Shown one piece after another: positions 1 to 9,597 of a DNA stretch of 64,000 nt. Both the position numbers and the translations under genes were made by a program. The stretch covers positions 32,694 through 96,693 of the forward strand of contig QCGY01000004.1 of NCBI GenBank assembly GCA_003279715.1, given 5' to 3'. The notes beneath the pieces are model-generated. The model had not been told where the DNA came from. It saw only the letters and a program-made list of their open reading frames with translations, and did not search any database. Position 1 is the first letter of the stretch. The number at the start of each line of letters is the position of its first letter. The DNA comes from Pelagibacteraceae bacterium AG-390-D18 (GTDB lineage Bacteria; Pseudomonadota; Alphaproteobacteria; Pelagibacterales; Pelagibacteraceae).

Positions 1-1
1 T

Positions 2-406
2 TTGGTAAATTCTTATTTTGGATTGATTGTTCCTATTTCAGCTTCAGCAATAGCAACTTTATTTTTTAGACAATTCTATAGAACTGTACCAGATGAATTA
101 CTTGAGTCAGCAAAATTAGATGGTGCAAATACTTGGAGATTTTTTATTGATTTTTTAGTTCCCCTGTCAAAAACCATGATTATTGCTATGTTTATTTTTA
201 TGTTTGTTTTTGGTTATAATCAATACTTATGGCCACTATTAGTAACATCTTCAGAACAATATTGGACAGTTGTTATGGGATTAAAGATGATGTCAGGATC
301 AATTGTTCATCGTTTTGCATTCGTAATGATGTCTATGGTTCCACCAGTTTTAATTATAATTATTTTACAAAAACATTTTATTAAAGGGGTATTTCAAGAT
401 AAATGA
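2..406 (+). CDS. ugpE: Carbohydrate/sn-glycerol-3-phosphate ABC permease, UgpE-like (5' truncated by window edge)
   Basis: EAA loop variant PDELLESAKLDGA, YNQYLWP motif, hydrophobic segments; upstream of ugpE/ugpC. Confidence 0.8.
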   Translation: MVNSYFGLIVPISASAIATLFFRQFYRTVPDELLESAKLDGANTWRFFIDFLVPLSKTMIIAMFIFMFVFGYNQYLWPLLVTSSEQYWTVVMGLKMMSGSIVHRFAFVMMSMVPPVLIIIILQKHFIKGVFQDK

Positions 407-1254
407 AAATCAAACCACTTCAGATTTCAGCTCATATTATTCTTATACTAGGTGTATTATTAATGGTTGTTCCAATTTGGATTTCTTTTGCTAGCTCTAC
501 TCACGATACAGTAACTATATTAACAGAGGGTATGAAATTTAATATAGGTGAGCACCTGTCAAGAAATTATAATGAAGTTTTAAATGAAAAAGGTGGCTGG
601 TCAGAGGAAGTTACTGCAGCAAAAATGTTTATTAATAGTTTTATAATGGCATTAGGAATAGCGACCCTTAAAGTGATTATTTCAGCAATGTCAGCCTATG
701 CTCTAGTTTATTATAGATTTAAATTAGCTGTACCTATTTTTTGGTTGATCTTTATTACTTTGCTTGTGCCTTTAGAGGTAAGAATTTTTCCAACTTATAA
801 GATTGTATCAGATTTAGGCTTAACAAATTCTTACACAGGTCTAATTCTTCCATTGGTTGCATCTGCAACTGCAACTTTTTTCTTTAGACAATTTTATAGA
901 ACTATTCCAGATGAATTACTTGAGTCTGCAAAGCTTGATGGTGCAAATAGTTGGAGATTTTTTGTAGATTTCCTAATTCCATTGTCTAAGACTATGATTG
1001 CAGCAATGTTCATATTTATGTTTGTTTATGGATATAGCCAATATTTATGGCCATTAATCATGACGACTAGTGAAAAATATTGGACAGTTGTAATGGGAAT
1101 GAAAATTATATTTACGGAGAGTTATGAAGGCGTTGCTCTTCCAAGAACAGCGGAGAGATTTGCATATATTATTTTATCAATGATACCCCCAGTTTTAGTG
1201 GTAGTAATTTTACAAAAATGGTTCATAAAAGGACTAATTCAAACAGAAAAATAA
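403..1254 (+). CDS. ugpE: sn-glycerol-3-phosphate ABC permease UgpE
   Basis: PLEVRIFPTY, SATATFFFRQF and EAA loop typical of UgpE. Confidence 0.88.
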   Translation: MKIKPLQISAHIILILGVLLMVVPIWISFASSTHDTVTILTEGMKFNIGEHLSRNYNEVLNEKGGWSEEVTAAKMFINSFIMALGIATLKVIISAMSAYALVYYRFKLAVPIFWLIFITLLVPLEVRIFPTYKIVSDLGLTNSYTGLILPLVASATATFFFRQFYRTIPDELLESAKLDGANSWRFFVDFLIPLSKTMIAAMFIFMFVYGYSQYLWPLIMTTSEKYWTVVMGMKIIFTESYEGVALPRTAERFAYIILSMIPPVLVVVILQKWFIKGLIQTEK

Positions 1255-2307
1255 ATGAGCTTTTTAGATTTAAAAAATATAACTAAAATTTATCCTAATG
1301 GAACTAAAGCAGTCCATGAAACTTCGTTAAGTATTGATGAAGGAGAGTTCATGGTTTTTGTTGGTCCTAGTGGATGTGGTAAATCTACTTTATTAAGAAT
1401 GGTAGCAGGTTTAGAAGAAATTACAGAGGGAGAAATCACTCTTGATGGAAATTTGATAAACGAAGTTGACCCATCTGAAAGAGATATTGCAATGGTATTT
1501 CAAAATTATGCTTTGTACCCACACATGAATGTTTACAACAATTTAGCTTATGGATTGAAGAATAGAGGGATTGATAAGCAAGCTATTGAACAAAAAGTTA
1601 ATGATGCAGCAAAACTTTTACAAATTTCAGATTATTTACAGAGAAAACCATCGATGCTATCAGGTGGTCAAAGACAAAGAGTAGCAATGGGAAGAGCTAT
1701 TGTTAGAAATCCAAAAATATTTTTATTTGATGAGCCTTTATCAAACCTTGATGCTAAATTAAGAATTCAAATGAGACTTGAAATTAAAAAACTTCAACAA
1801 AAAGTAGGAGTAACAAGTATATTTGTTACTCATGATCAAACGGAAGCCATGACGCTTGCTGATAAGTTGGCTGTTATTAATAATGGAGTAATTGAACAAC
1901 TTTCAACTCCAATTGAAATTTATAATAACCCAAAATCTTTGTTTGTTGCTGGATTTATAGGATCTCCCCAAATGAATTTTATGGAAGGCGAATTGAAAAA
2001 TAAAACATTATCTGCTGAAGGTTTTGAAATTAAAAATGTAAAAAGTGATTATAATGGTGAGGTTACACTTGGGATAAGACCTGAACATTTATCGCAATCA
2101 GATAATGGTTTAATAAATTTAACTGTAGACTTAGTAGAGCAGTTAGGTTCAGATAATCTTGTCTATGGTCAGTTAAAAGATAAAAAAGATTTTTGCTACA
2201 GATGTCCAGGCAATTTAACAATCAAAAAAGGTAGTAAGCTCAGTCTTAATATTGATAACGATAACTATTTTATTTTTGATAAAAGTAGCGGTAAACGAGT
2301 TAATTAA
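1255..2307 (+). CDS. ugpC: ABC ATP-binding protein UgpC
   Basis: Walker A GPSGCGKS, VFQNYALYPHM, LSGGQRQR, DEPLSNLDAKLR, C-terminal GIRPEH. Confidence 0.92.
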   Translation: MSFLDLKNITKIYPNGTKAVHETSLSIDEGEFMVFVGPSGCGKSTLLRMVAGLEEITEGEITLDGNLINEVDPSERDIAMVFQNYALYPHMNVYNNLAYGLKNRGIDKQAIEQKVNDAAKLLQISDYLQRKPSMLSGGQRQRVAMGRAIVRNPKIFLFDEPLSNLDAKLRIQMRLEIKKLQQKVGVTSIFVTHDQTEAMTLADKLAVINNGVIEQLSTPIEIYNNPKSLFVAGFIGSPQMNFMEGELKNKTLSAEGFEIKNVKSDYNGEVTLGIRPEHLSQSDNGLINLTVDLVEQLGSDNLVYGQLKDKKDFCYRCPGNLTIKKGSKLSLNIDNDNYFIFDKSSGKRVN

Positions 2308-2309
2308 AT

Positions 2310-3230
2310 TTGATTTTATCTAAACCAAACCATATTAAAATTTATGGTCACCGAGGAGCTAGAGGGGATCTTCCAGAAAATACTTTAGAAAGTTTCAAAT
2401 ATTTATTTGAAAATAATATTAATGCATACGAAACAGATATATTAATTTCTAAAGATCTTGTACCAGTTATTGCTCATGATTTTAGATTAGATCCAAGCAG
2501 AACAAAAGATAATGAGGGGAATTGGATAGAGGATGAAAATTTAAAAATATTTGATTTAACTTATGAAGAACTTTCAAAGTTTGATGTAGGTTCAGTAAAT
2601 AAATTATCCAGATACGGAAGAAGATTTATTAATCAAAAAAAATTAGAAAAACAAAGAATACCAAAACTGTCTGAATTATTAGAAATGTCTTCAAAAAATA
2701 AATCTGAAAAATTATTAATAAATTTAGAAATTAAATCTACACCAGAGGAAGAAAATTTGACACCAGAACCAGAAGATACAGTAAAACTAATTATGAGTGA
2801 TATAAATGAGTCATCTTTAAAAGATAAAATAATTGTCTCATCATTTGATTGGAGAACTTTATCAGTAATTAAAAATCAGTATCCTGAAATTCCAAGAGCT
2901 TACTTAACTCAACATTTGACAGGAATTAATATTAATCAAACTATTTACAACAGATCTCCATGGTTGAGTTTTTTGCCTTATTATGAAGATCATGAATTGC
3001 CAAAAATTATAAAGTCACAAGGTGGAAAAGCTTGGCATCCATACCGAAAAGACATTACAAAAAAACTTGTCGATATTTCCCATCAAGAAGAATTGCCAGT
3101 AAATGTATGGACAGTAAACAAAGAGTACGAAATGTTAAAGATGGTTGAATACGGTGTAGATGGTATTATGACAGATTATCCATTAAGGTTGAAAGAACTT
3201 TGTGAGAAAGAAAATATAAAATGGTTTTAG
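2310..3230 (+). CDS. ugpQ: Glycerophosphodiester phosphodiesterase
   Basis: GHRGA..PENT, E-x-D, HD, EIK, SSFD, VWTVN, DGIMTDYP motifs of the GDPD family; TTG start. Confidence 0.92.
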   Translation: MILSKPNHIKIYGHRGARGDLPENTLESFKYLFENNINAYETDILISKDLVPVIAHDFRLDPSRTKDNEGNWIEDENLKIFDLTYEELSKFDVGSVNKLSRYGRRFINQKKLEKQRIPKLSELLEMSSKNKSEKLLINLEIKSTPEEENLTPEPEDTVKLIMSDINESSLKDKIIVSSFDWRTLSVIKNQYPEIPRAYLTQHLTGININQTIYNRSPWLSFLPYYEDHELPKIIKSQGGKAWHPYRKDITKKLVDISHQEELPVNVWTVNKEYEMLKMVEYGVDGIMTDYPLRLKELCEKENIKWF

Positions 3231-3239
3231 TTTATCTTA

Positions 3240-3956
3240 ATGGATTTAAATATAGTTAATAACCAAGAGAAATTTTTAGCGGGAAAACTTGAAGGATATA
3301 CTTTAAAAGGTGCAGAAAATAAATTTGATGATAGAGGAAATCCTTTACCATTTCCAGGGTGCACAATAATTTGCAATATCCCTTTGAATACTAATTTATC
3401 AGATGAGATAATTAGTTTTCAAAAAAAAATAGAAAATTTTAATCCTGAAAAAACTTATTTCTATTTACCTCCATCAAGTTTTCATATGACATTATTTGAT
3501 TGTTGTAATTTAAATACAAAAAACACCAATTATTGGCCATCAGATATAGATCCTGATATGGACTATAAAGATATTGCTATTGAATTGAATAAAAGAATTC
3601 AGAACTATATTTTTCCAAAAGAATTTAATCTTAAACTTAAAATGTTTTATGGAGGTTATAGTGCTATCTTAGAACCTTTTTCTAATAAAGATGAAAAAAT
3701 TCTAAGAGACTGTAGAGATGACTTAAGCAAATTATTAAAAATTAAATTTGAAAATCATTCAAGATACACTTTCCATATCACGTTAGCATATATTTTAAGG
3801 GAGCTCACAGAAGATGAAATTAAAAATTTATTAAAATTTAACAAAGATCTATTTAAAGAATTTGATAAAAAATTTCCTAAAATTGTTTTATATAAACCTG
3901 AAATGTCGACATTTGAAAATATGTTGGAATTTAAAAATATTAATAAGATATTTTAG
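3240..3956 (+). CDS. 2H-phosphoesterase superfamily protein (DUF1868-like)
   Basis: Two HxT motifs (FHMTL, FHITLAY) and N-terminal KFD..G..LPFPG.TII. Confidence 0.8.
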   Translation: MDLNIVNNQEKFLAGKLEGYTLKGAENKFDDRGNPLPFPGCTIICNIPLNTNLSDEIISFQKKIENFNPEKTYFYLPPSSFHMTLFDCCNLNTKNTNYWPSDIDPDMDYKDIAIELNKRIQNYIFPKEFNLKLKMFYGGYSAILEPFSNKDEKILRDCRDDLSKLLKIKFENHSRYTFHITLAYILRELTEDEIKNLLKFNKDLFKEFDKKFPKIVLYKPEMSTFENMLEFKNINKIF

Positions 3957-4317
3957 CAAATGCACAAATTTTATTTCCATCAGGATCTCGCAAATAACAA
4001 TAATAATCACCCGATCTTATTCCTGGGGCTCCCTCATCTTTTCCACCTAGTTTAATTCCAGTATTATAAAAGTTATTCACCAAATCTTGTGAATTAACTA
4101 AAAAAGATATTTGTGTTCCATTTCCAAAAGTTGCTTTATCTTTGTTCGCTGGATTAGTTACATAGAATTCAACTTGCTCAGGCTTTTCTTTTGAAGCATA
4201 GCCTGCATATTTTTCATTGGTGACAACTCTTTTTAATTCAATTGCATCAAGTAAGATGTCATAAAAATTAACTGCCTTATCTAGATTGTTAGTGCCAACC
4301 ATTACAAAACCAATCAT
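3940..4317 (-). CDS. VOC/glyoxalase family protein
   Basis: GNGTQISF, GGKDEGAPGIR, YLRDPDGNKI. Confidence 0.88.
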   Translation of the reverse strand: MIGFVMVGTNNLDKAVNFYDILLDAIELKRVVTNEKYAGYASKEKPEQVEFYVTNPANKDKATFGNGTQISFLVNSQDLVNNFYNTGIKLGGKDEGAPGIRSGDYYCYLRDPDGNKICAFAKISY

Positions 4318-4320
4318 TAA

Positions 4321-5751
4321 TTACTTCCAGCCTGTGACCGTTTTAACCTCAAGATATTCTTCAAGACCCCATACTCCACCCTCACGACCGTTTCCAGATT
4401 GTCTATATCCACCAAATGGAGTACCAGCATCTGCTGCTTTTCCATTTATATAAACACATCCTGATCTTAACTTTTTCGCAACTCGGTGAGCTTTTACTTT
4501 GTCTTCTGTTTGTAAATAGTTTCCTAAACCATAAGAGGTATCATTAACTATTTTTATTGCCTCATCTTCTGTTTCAAATGGAATAATTGATAAAACAGGT
4601 CCAAAAATTTCTTCTTTAGCTATTCTCATATCATTATTAACATCTGTGAATATTGTTGGTTTAATAAAATAACCTTTGTTTAAACCATTAGGCAGTTCAG
4701 GCCCACCTGCTGCTAGTGTTGCTCCTTCAGAAATTCCACTTTCAATTAAACCTATAATTTTATCATATTGAGTTTTTGAAATTACTGGCCCAATGTGATC
4801 ACCTTTTTTTGAAGCTTGATCAACTTGAATTTTATTTGCCTCATCTACTGCATCTTCAACGGCTCTTTTATATATGGATTTTTCAACCAACATTCTTGTT
4901 GGAGCGTCACATGATTGTCCTGAGTTGCTCATCACATTCCGAATACCATCTCTCACTGCATCTTTATAGCTATCAGCAAAAACAATATTTCCACCTTTAC
5001 CACCTAGTTCAAGACACACTCTTTTAATTGTGTCAGCAGCATTTTTTGAAATTAATCTTCCAGCTCTTGTGGATCCTGTAAAAGAAACCATATCAATATC
5101 AGGATGACTTGAAATTTGAGATCCAACACCAACCCCATCTCCATTTACTAAATTAAAGACACCTTTTGGAAAACCTACTTCGTCAATCATTTCAGCAAAT
5201 AACATACCTGAAATAGGAGCAATTTCTGAAGGTTTCAAAATCATGGTGCAGCCTGTTGCAATTGCCGGCACTACTTTAAGTGCTATTTGATTAATAGGCC
5301 AATTCCACGGAGTGATTAATCCACAAACTCCAATTGGGTCATAGTAGATATGATTATTTGATTTATCATCAAAGTGTTCATCGAATTGAAAATTTTTTAA
5401 TCTCAAAATAAAATCTTCTAAATGATCTCTACCAGAAGCTGTTTGTACGTCTGCTGCCCAATCCATAGGTGCACCCATTTCCAAGGAAATAGCTTCAGCC
5501 ATTTCACCAAATCTTTTTTTATAAACTAATAATAATTTATTTAGTAAATTTAGCTTTTCTTCCTTGCTTGTCTCTTTCCAGGTTTCAAAAGCAATTTTTG
5601 CTGATTTTACAGCTAAATCTGTATCTTCTTTTGAACCTAAAGAAATAACAGCAAAAGGATCTTCATTACATGGATTGATTACTTCTAAATCATTTTTTTT
5701 AATTGGATCAACCCACTGACCATTAATATAAAATTTTCTTTTATCTAACAT
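4321..5751 (-). CDS. Aldehyde dehydrogenase
   Basis: PWNWP, FTGS, LELGGK, catalytic Cys in GQSC, EEIFGP. Confidence 0.95.
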   Translation of the reverse strand: MLDKRKFYINGQWVDPIKKNDLEVINPCNEDPFAVISLGSKEDTDLAVKSAKIAFETWKETSKEEKLNLLNKLLLVYKKRFGEMAEAISLEMGAPMDWAADVQTASGRDHLEDFILRLKNFQFDEHFDDKSNNHIYYDPIGVCGLITPWNWPINQIALKVVPAIATGCTMILKPSEIAPISGMLFAEMIDEVGFPKGVFNLVNGDGVGVGSQISSHPDIDMVSFTGSTRAGRLISKNAADTIKRVCLELGGKGGNIVFADSYKDAVRDGIRNVMSNSGQSCDAPTRMLVEKSIYKRAVEDAVDEANKIQVDQASKKGDHIGPVISKTQYDKIIGLIESGISEGATLAAGGPELPNGLNKGYFIKPTIFTDVNNDMRIAKEEIFGPVLSIIPFETEDEAIKIVNDTSYGLGNYLQTEDKVKAHRVAKKLRSGCVYINGKAADAGTPFGGYRQSGNGREGGVWGLEEYLEVKTVTGWK

Positions 5752-5771
5752 TTTCTATCTTAACACATTTA

Positions 5772-6713
5772 TTAAATTTCATATCCTTTTTCCTCTGGCT
5801 CATTATCAATTAGTTCATCAGGAAAACCATTAGCTCTAAAATTAATATTATTTATATCCTCCATCCTTTTTACAATCATTGATGACCAGGCTCTGGATCC
5901 ATATTTTTTTTGACCATCTTTAAATATTTCAACTATTTGTGGAGAAATTTCCAAAGGAGCATTTAGTTTTTTTGCTAGGTTGTCAAACAGACCTGTATCT
6001 TTTAAAACTAAATCCATTGTAAAATTTATGTTGTAAGACCCATTTAATATAACCTGACTTTCAGTTTCATGAACAAATGAGTTACCTGAAGAAATAGCAA
6101 TTCCTTTGTAAGCTTTAGCAAGATCTAAATTTGATTTTTTAGCAACTGTCCAAGCTTCACCAAGAGCTACTAAATGAACAGATGCTAAATAATTTGTAAT
6201 CACTTTTAACACACTTGCAGAACCAATCTCACCAGTATGCAATACTTTTCTACCCATAACAGTTAATGCAGGTAAAATTTTTTCAAATGCTTTTCTTTCT
6301 CCACCAACAAATATAGCAATATTGCCTGTTGCCGCTCTATGACATCCGCCGCTCACAGGCCCATCCATTGGTATACTTTTTTTGGAAATTACTTTTTCCC
6401 CAAGTCTTTTAACTTCATTTTCATCTGTGGTACTCATTTCTAACCAAATTTTATTTTCTGATAGACCATTTATAATTCCATCATTTGCCTCCATTACTTG
6501 GGCAGATACCTCAGGGGAAGGAAGAGAAGTAATTATTAAATCAGTTTGTTCTGCTAATTCTTTTGGAGATTTTGCAACTTTAGCACCTAAGTCCTTAAAA
6601 GGATCTGTTAACCTTTGATCTAAATCTCTTACTGTAAGATCAAAGTTATTTCTCAATAAGCTTCCAGCAAGTTTACCTCCTACATTACCTAGACCAATAA
6701 ATCCTATTTTCAT
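5772..6713 (-). CDS. NAD(P)-dependent beta-hydroxyacid dehydrogenase (3-hydroxyisobutyrate dehydrogenase family)
   Basis: GFIGLGNVG Rossmann motif, DGPVSGG, catalytic K in LKVITN. Confidence 0.88.
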   Translation of the reverse strand: MKIGFIGLGNVGGKLAGSLLRNNFDLTVRDLDQRLTDPFKDLGAKVAKSPKELAEQTDLIITSLPSPEVSAQVMEANDGIINGLSENKIWLEMSTTDENEVKRLGEKVISKKSIPMDGPVSGGCHRAATGNIAIFVGGERKAFEKILPALTVMGRKVLHTGEIGSASVLKVITNYLASVHLVALGEAWTVAKKSNLDLAKAYKGIAISSGNSFVHETESQVILNGSYNINFTMDLVLKDTGLFDNLAKKLNAPLEISPQIVEIFKDGQKKYGSRAWSSMIVKRMEDINNINFRANGFPDELIDNEPEEKGYEI

Positions 6714-7582
6714 TTTGTTACCTCATCTTTTTTGTTTTTTGTAAATACAATTAAAATTACACCAACTATTATTATTGCACCGCCTATAAATAATTCTGGA
6801 GTTGGTTTTTCTCCTAAAAGAAAAATAGCAGCTAGTAAACCTGTTGGGGGTATACCCATAGTAACAATAGGAAGCACTTTATATAGTGGATTGTTTTTTA
6901 ATACATAATAGAAACAACCATAAGTAATTGGCTGCATGATGAAACCAATATAAATTGCAATGATCCAGTGATCAACTTTGGCATTTGTTAAATAATTAAT
7001 TGTATTCCCGTCAATAATTCCAGATAGTATCACTAAAATTGGTCCAGAGAATAATGCCAACCAAGCAACTAAAGCTAAAGGATTTATTTCTTTGCTTAAA
7101 GGTTTAACCATAACTTGTCCAAGAGCCCATACAGCTGATCCTAAAATTGTAAGACCAATTCCAATAAATTTTCCATCTAAGTTAGGAGATCCTGTTAAAA
7201 TATAAACACCAACAAAGGCGATGGCTATTCCTATTAAAGCTCTAATAGTTGGTTTTTCTTTAAGAATGAAGTAGGCAAAAATAACGCCAAACGGGACTTC
7301 TGTTTGAACAAGTAGTACCGCTGCAGATGCATCAATTAAATCTAATCCTGAATAAGTAATGCTATATTGCAAGGTATTAGCTACCAATGACGCAGCAAAT
7401 ATTTTTTTTAAATATCCTTTTGGAATTGGAAACCACCAAATTAATAATGATGCAGCAAACATAAATCTTATACCCATTAAAAGAATAGGAGGGAAAGATT
7501 CAAAAGCTGGTTTAGCTATGACAAAACCAAAGCCTAAAAATATAGGCACTAACGATGCAATAAAAGTATCTTTTAAATTCAT
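6710..7582 (-). CDS. EamA/DMT family transporter
   Basis: About 10 hydrophobic segments, repeated ILKEK / LLGEK ends of two EamA domains. Confidence 0.88.
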   Translation of the reverse strand: MNLKDTFIASLVPIFLGFGFVIAKPAFESFPPILLMGIRFMFAASLLIWWFPIPKGYLKKIFAASLVANTLQYSITYSGLDLIDASAAVLLVQTEVPFGVIFAYFILKEKPTIRALIGIAIAFVGVYILTGSPNLDGKFIGIGLTILGSAVWALGQVMVKPLSKEINPLALVAWLALFSGPILVILSGIIDGNTINYLTNAKVDHWIIAIYIGFIMQPITYGCFYYVLKNNPLYKVLPIVTMGIPPTGLLAAIFLLGEKPTPELFIGGAIIIVGVILIVFTKNKKDEVTK

Positions 7583-7643
7583 ATCGCTGTTTTTAATACT
7601 AATGATTATTAAAGAACTTATGATATATTCACCTTTTTAAAAT

Positions 7644-8387
7644 ATGAATTCAACAAAAATAGATCCTAAATACATTACCAAATCAAATCCAAGGATTGGA
7701 CTTATTGCGCTTGCTAGTGATTTTATGATTGAAAGAGATTTCATTAACGTAATTAAAGATAGAGAAGTTGATTTTTTTGTAAATCGTATCGAATGCTATA
7801 ATCCACTGACAAAAGAAAATTTAATCAAAATGTCAAATAAAGTTACCGAGGTAACAAAAGAAATATTACCAGATCAGGATATCGATTGTGTTGTCTATGG
7901 TTGTACATCTGGAACAATAGCTGCAGGCTATGAGTCTATTGAAAAAAAAGTAAAAGCCGCAAAACCAATGGCAGAAGTAACAACCCCTAGCACTGCTGCA
8001 ATCAAAGCCTTAAAGAAATTGAATATAAATAAAATAAGTCTGTTTACACCTTATAGCAAAAAACTTAACGATGAAGTTTTAGACTACTTTAATAAAGAAG
8101 GTTTTGAAATCACATCAAATTCCTACTTTGATATAGAATCCGATTACGATATTGGAAAAGTTGATCAGAATTATTTGTATAATGTTCTTTCAGAAACTGA
8201 TTTAAATGGGGCAGAGGCACTCTTTGTTTCCTGTACTGCTTTGCCAGTATTACCAATAATTGACAAATTAGAAAAAAAATTAAACACAATAGTTTTATCT
8301 AGCAATCAGGCATTAATTTGGGATACTCTTGTAAAAATAAATAAAAATAATTCAATAGAAGGTTTCGGCAAATTATTTAAAAATTAA
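7644..8387 (+). CDS. eutA: Asp/Glu racemase - maleate isomerase family protein, EutA-like
   Basis: YGCTSG and VSCTAL two-Cys motifs, TPY, SSNQA; adjacent to doeA-like gene. Confidence 0.75.
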   Translation: MNSTKIDPKYITKSNPRIGLIALASDFMIERDFINVIKDREVDFFVNRIECYNPLTKENLIKMSNKVTEVTKEILPDQDIDCVVYGCTSGTIAAGYESIEKKVKAAKPMAEVTTPSTAAIKALKKLNINKISLFTPYSKKLNDEVLDYFNKEGFEITSNSYFDIESDYDIGKVDQNYLYNVLSETDLNGAEALFVSCTALPVLPIIDKLEKKLNTIVLSSNQALIWDTLVKINKNNSIEGFGKLFKN

Positions 8388-8391
8388 CTTC

Positions 8392-9558
8392 ATGGATTTT
8401 ACAAAAGAAGAATATCAAAAAAGGTTAAAAAAAGTTCAAAAAATGATGCAAGAAAAAGGCATCGAATTATTAATTTCACATGATACGAATAATTTAAATT
8501 ATTTGACAGGATATGATGCTTGGTCTTTTTATTATGCTCAATGTGCTATAGTTCATGTGAATGCTGAAGAACCTTTGTGCTTTGTAAGAGCTCAAGATGC
8601 CGGTGGTGCTTATATTAGAACATATTTAAAAGATGAAAATATTATTGTTTATGATGAAAATTATATTCATACTTGGCCTAAACACCCTTATGATTATTTG
8701 GTTCAAGTAATTAAAGAAAAAAAATGGGACAAGCTTTGTGTTGGTGTAGAAATGGATGCGCACTATTATACTGCGTTTTGTCATGAAAAAATTAAGCAAG
8801 GTCTTCCAAATGCTAAAATAATTGATAGTGACAGATTAGTTAATTGGGCAAGATTAGTTAAATCAGATGCTGAAATAGGATACATGAAATCAGCAGCTTT
8901 AATTTCAGAAAAAGGAATGAAAACTGCAATGGAAGTAATTAACCCAGGTGTTAGGCAGTGTGATGCAGTTGGAGAAATTCAAAAAACACTTTTTTATGGA
9001 ACGGAGGAATTTGGTGGAGAATATGCTAGCATTGCAACTTTACTTCCAACAGGAAAAGGGACTTCAGCCTCACATTTAACCGCTACACAAGATAAATTTG
9101 TAGAAGGAGAGGCTACTATTATTGAATTATCTGGAGTTTATAAAAGATATCATGCACCAATGGCTAGGACAGTATTATTAGGTAAACCTGATCAGTTAAA
9201 GATTGATACAATGAAGAAAACTATAGAAGCTCTAGAAACTGGTATTAATGCTGTAAAACCAGGTAATACAGCAGATGATGTTGCCCAAGCTTTTTGGAAG
9301 ATATTAGATAAATACGGTATCGATAAAAAATCCAGAACTGGTTATTCAATTGGAATTGGGTATCCACCTGACTGGGGAGAACATACACTTAATATATATA
9401 AAGGGGACATGACAGTATTAGAGCCTAATGTTTGTTTTCATATGATAGCAGTGATGCAATTTGGTGATTGGGGTGTTGAAGCGTCTGAAGCTATTAGAGT
9501 AACTGAAACTGGCAACGAATTATTTTGCAATATGAGCAAAGAATTACATATCAAATAA
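8392..9558 (+). CDS. doeA: M24 family hydrolase, ectoine hydrolase DoeA/EutD-like
   Basis: YLTGYDAWSFY, SRTGYSIGIGYPPDWGE motif characteristic of DoeA/EutD; substrate not certain. Confidence 0.75.
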   Translation: MDFTKEEYQKRLKKVQKMMQEKGIELLISHDTNNLNYLTGYDAWSFYYAQCAIVHVNAEEPLCFVRAQDAGGAYIRTYLKDENIIVYDENYIHTWPKHPYDYLVQVIKEKKWDKLCVGVEMDAHYYTAFCHEKIKQGLPNAKIIDSDRLVNWARLVKSDAEIGYMKSAALISEKGMKTAMEVINPGVRQCDAVGEIQKTLFYGTEEFGGEYASIATLLPTGKGTSASHLTATQDKFVEGEATIIELSGVYKRYHAPMARTVLLGKPDQLKIDTMKKTIEALETGINAVKPGNTADDVAQAFWKILDKYGIDKKSRTGYSIGIGYPPDWGEHTLNIYKGDMTVLEPNVCFHMIAVMQFGDWGVEASEAIRVTETGNELFCNMSKELHIK

Positions 9559-9597
9559 ATTACTTGATTATCAATCTAACAAATGTTTTAAAGTAGC

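Noticed and set aside
8392-9558. M24 protein as DMSP lyase DddP or Xaa-Pro peptidase
   Set aside because: Carries the DoeA/EutD-type GYSIG..YPPDWGE motif and lacks the usual GHG metal-ligand motif
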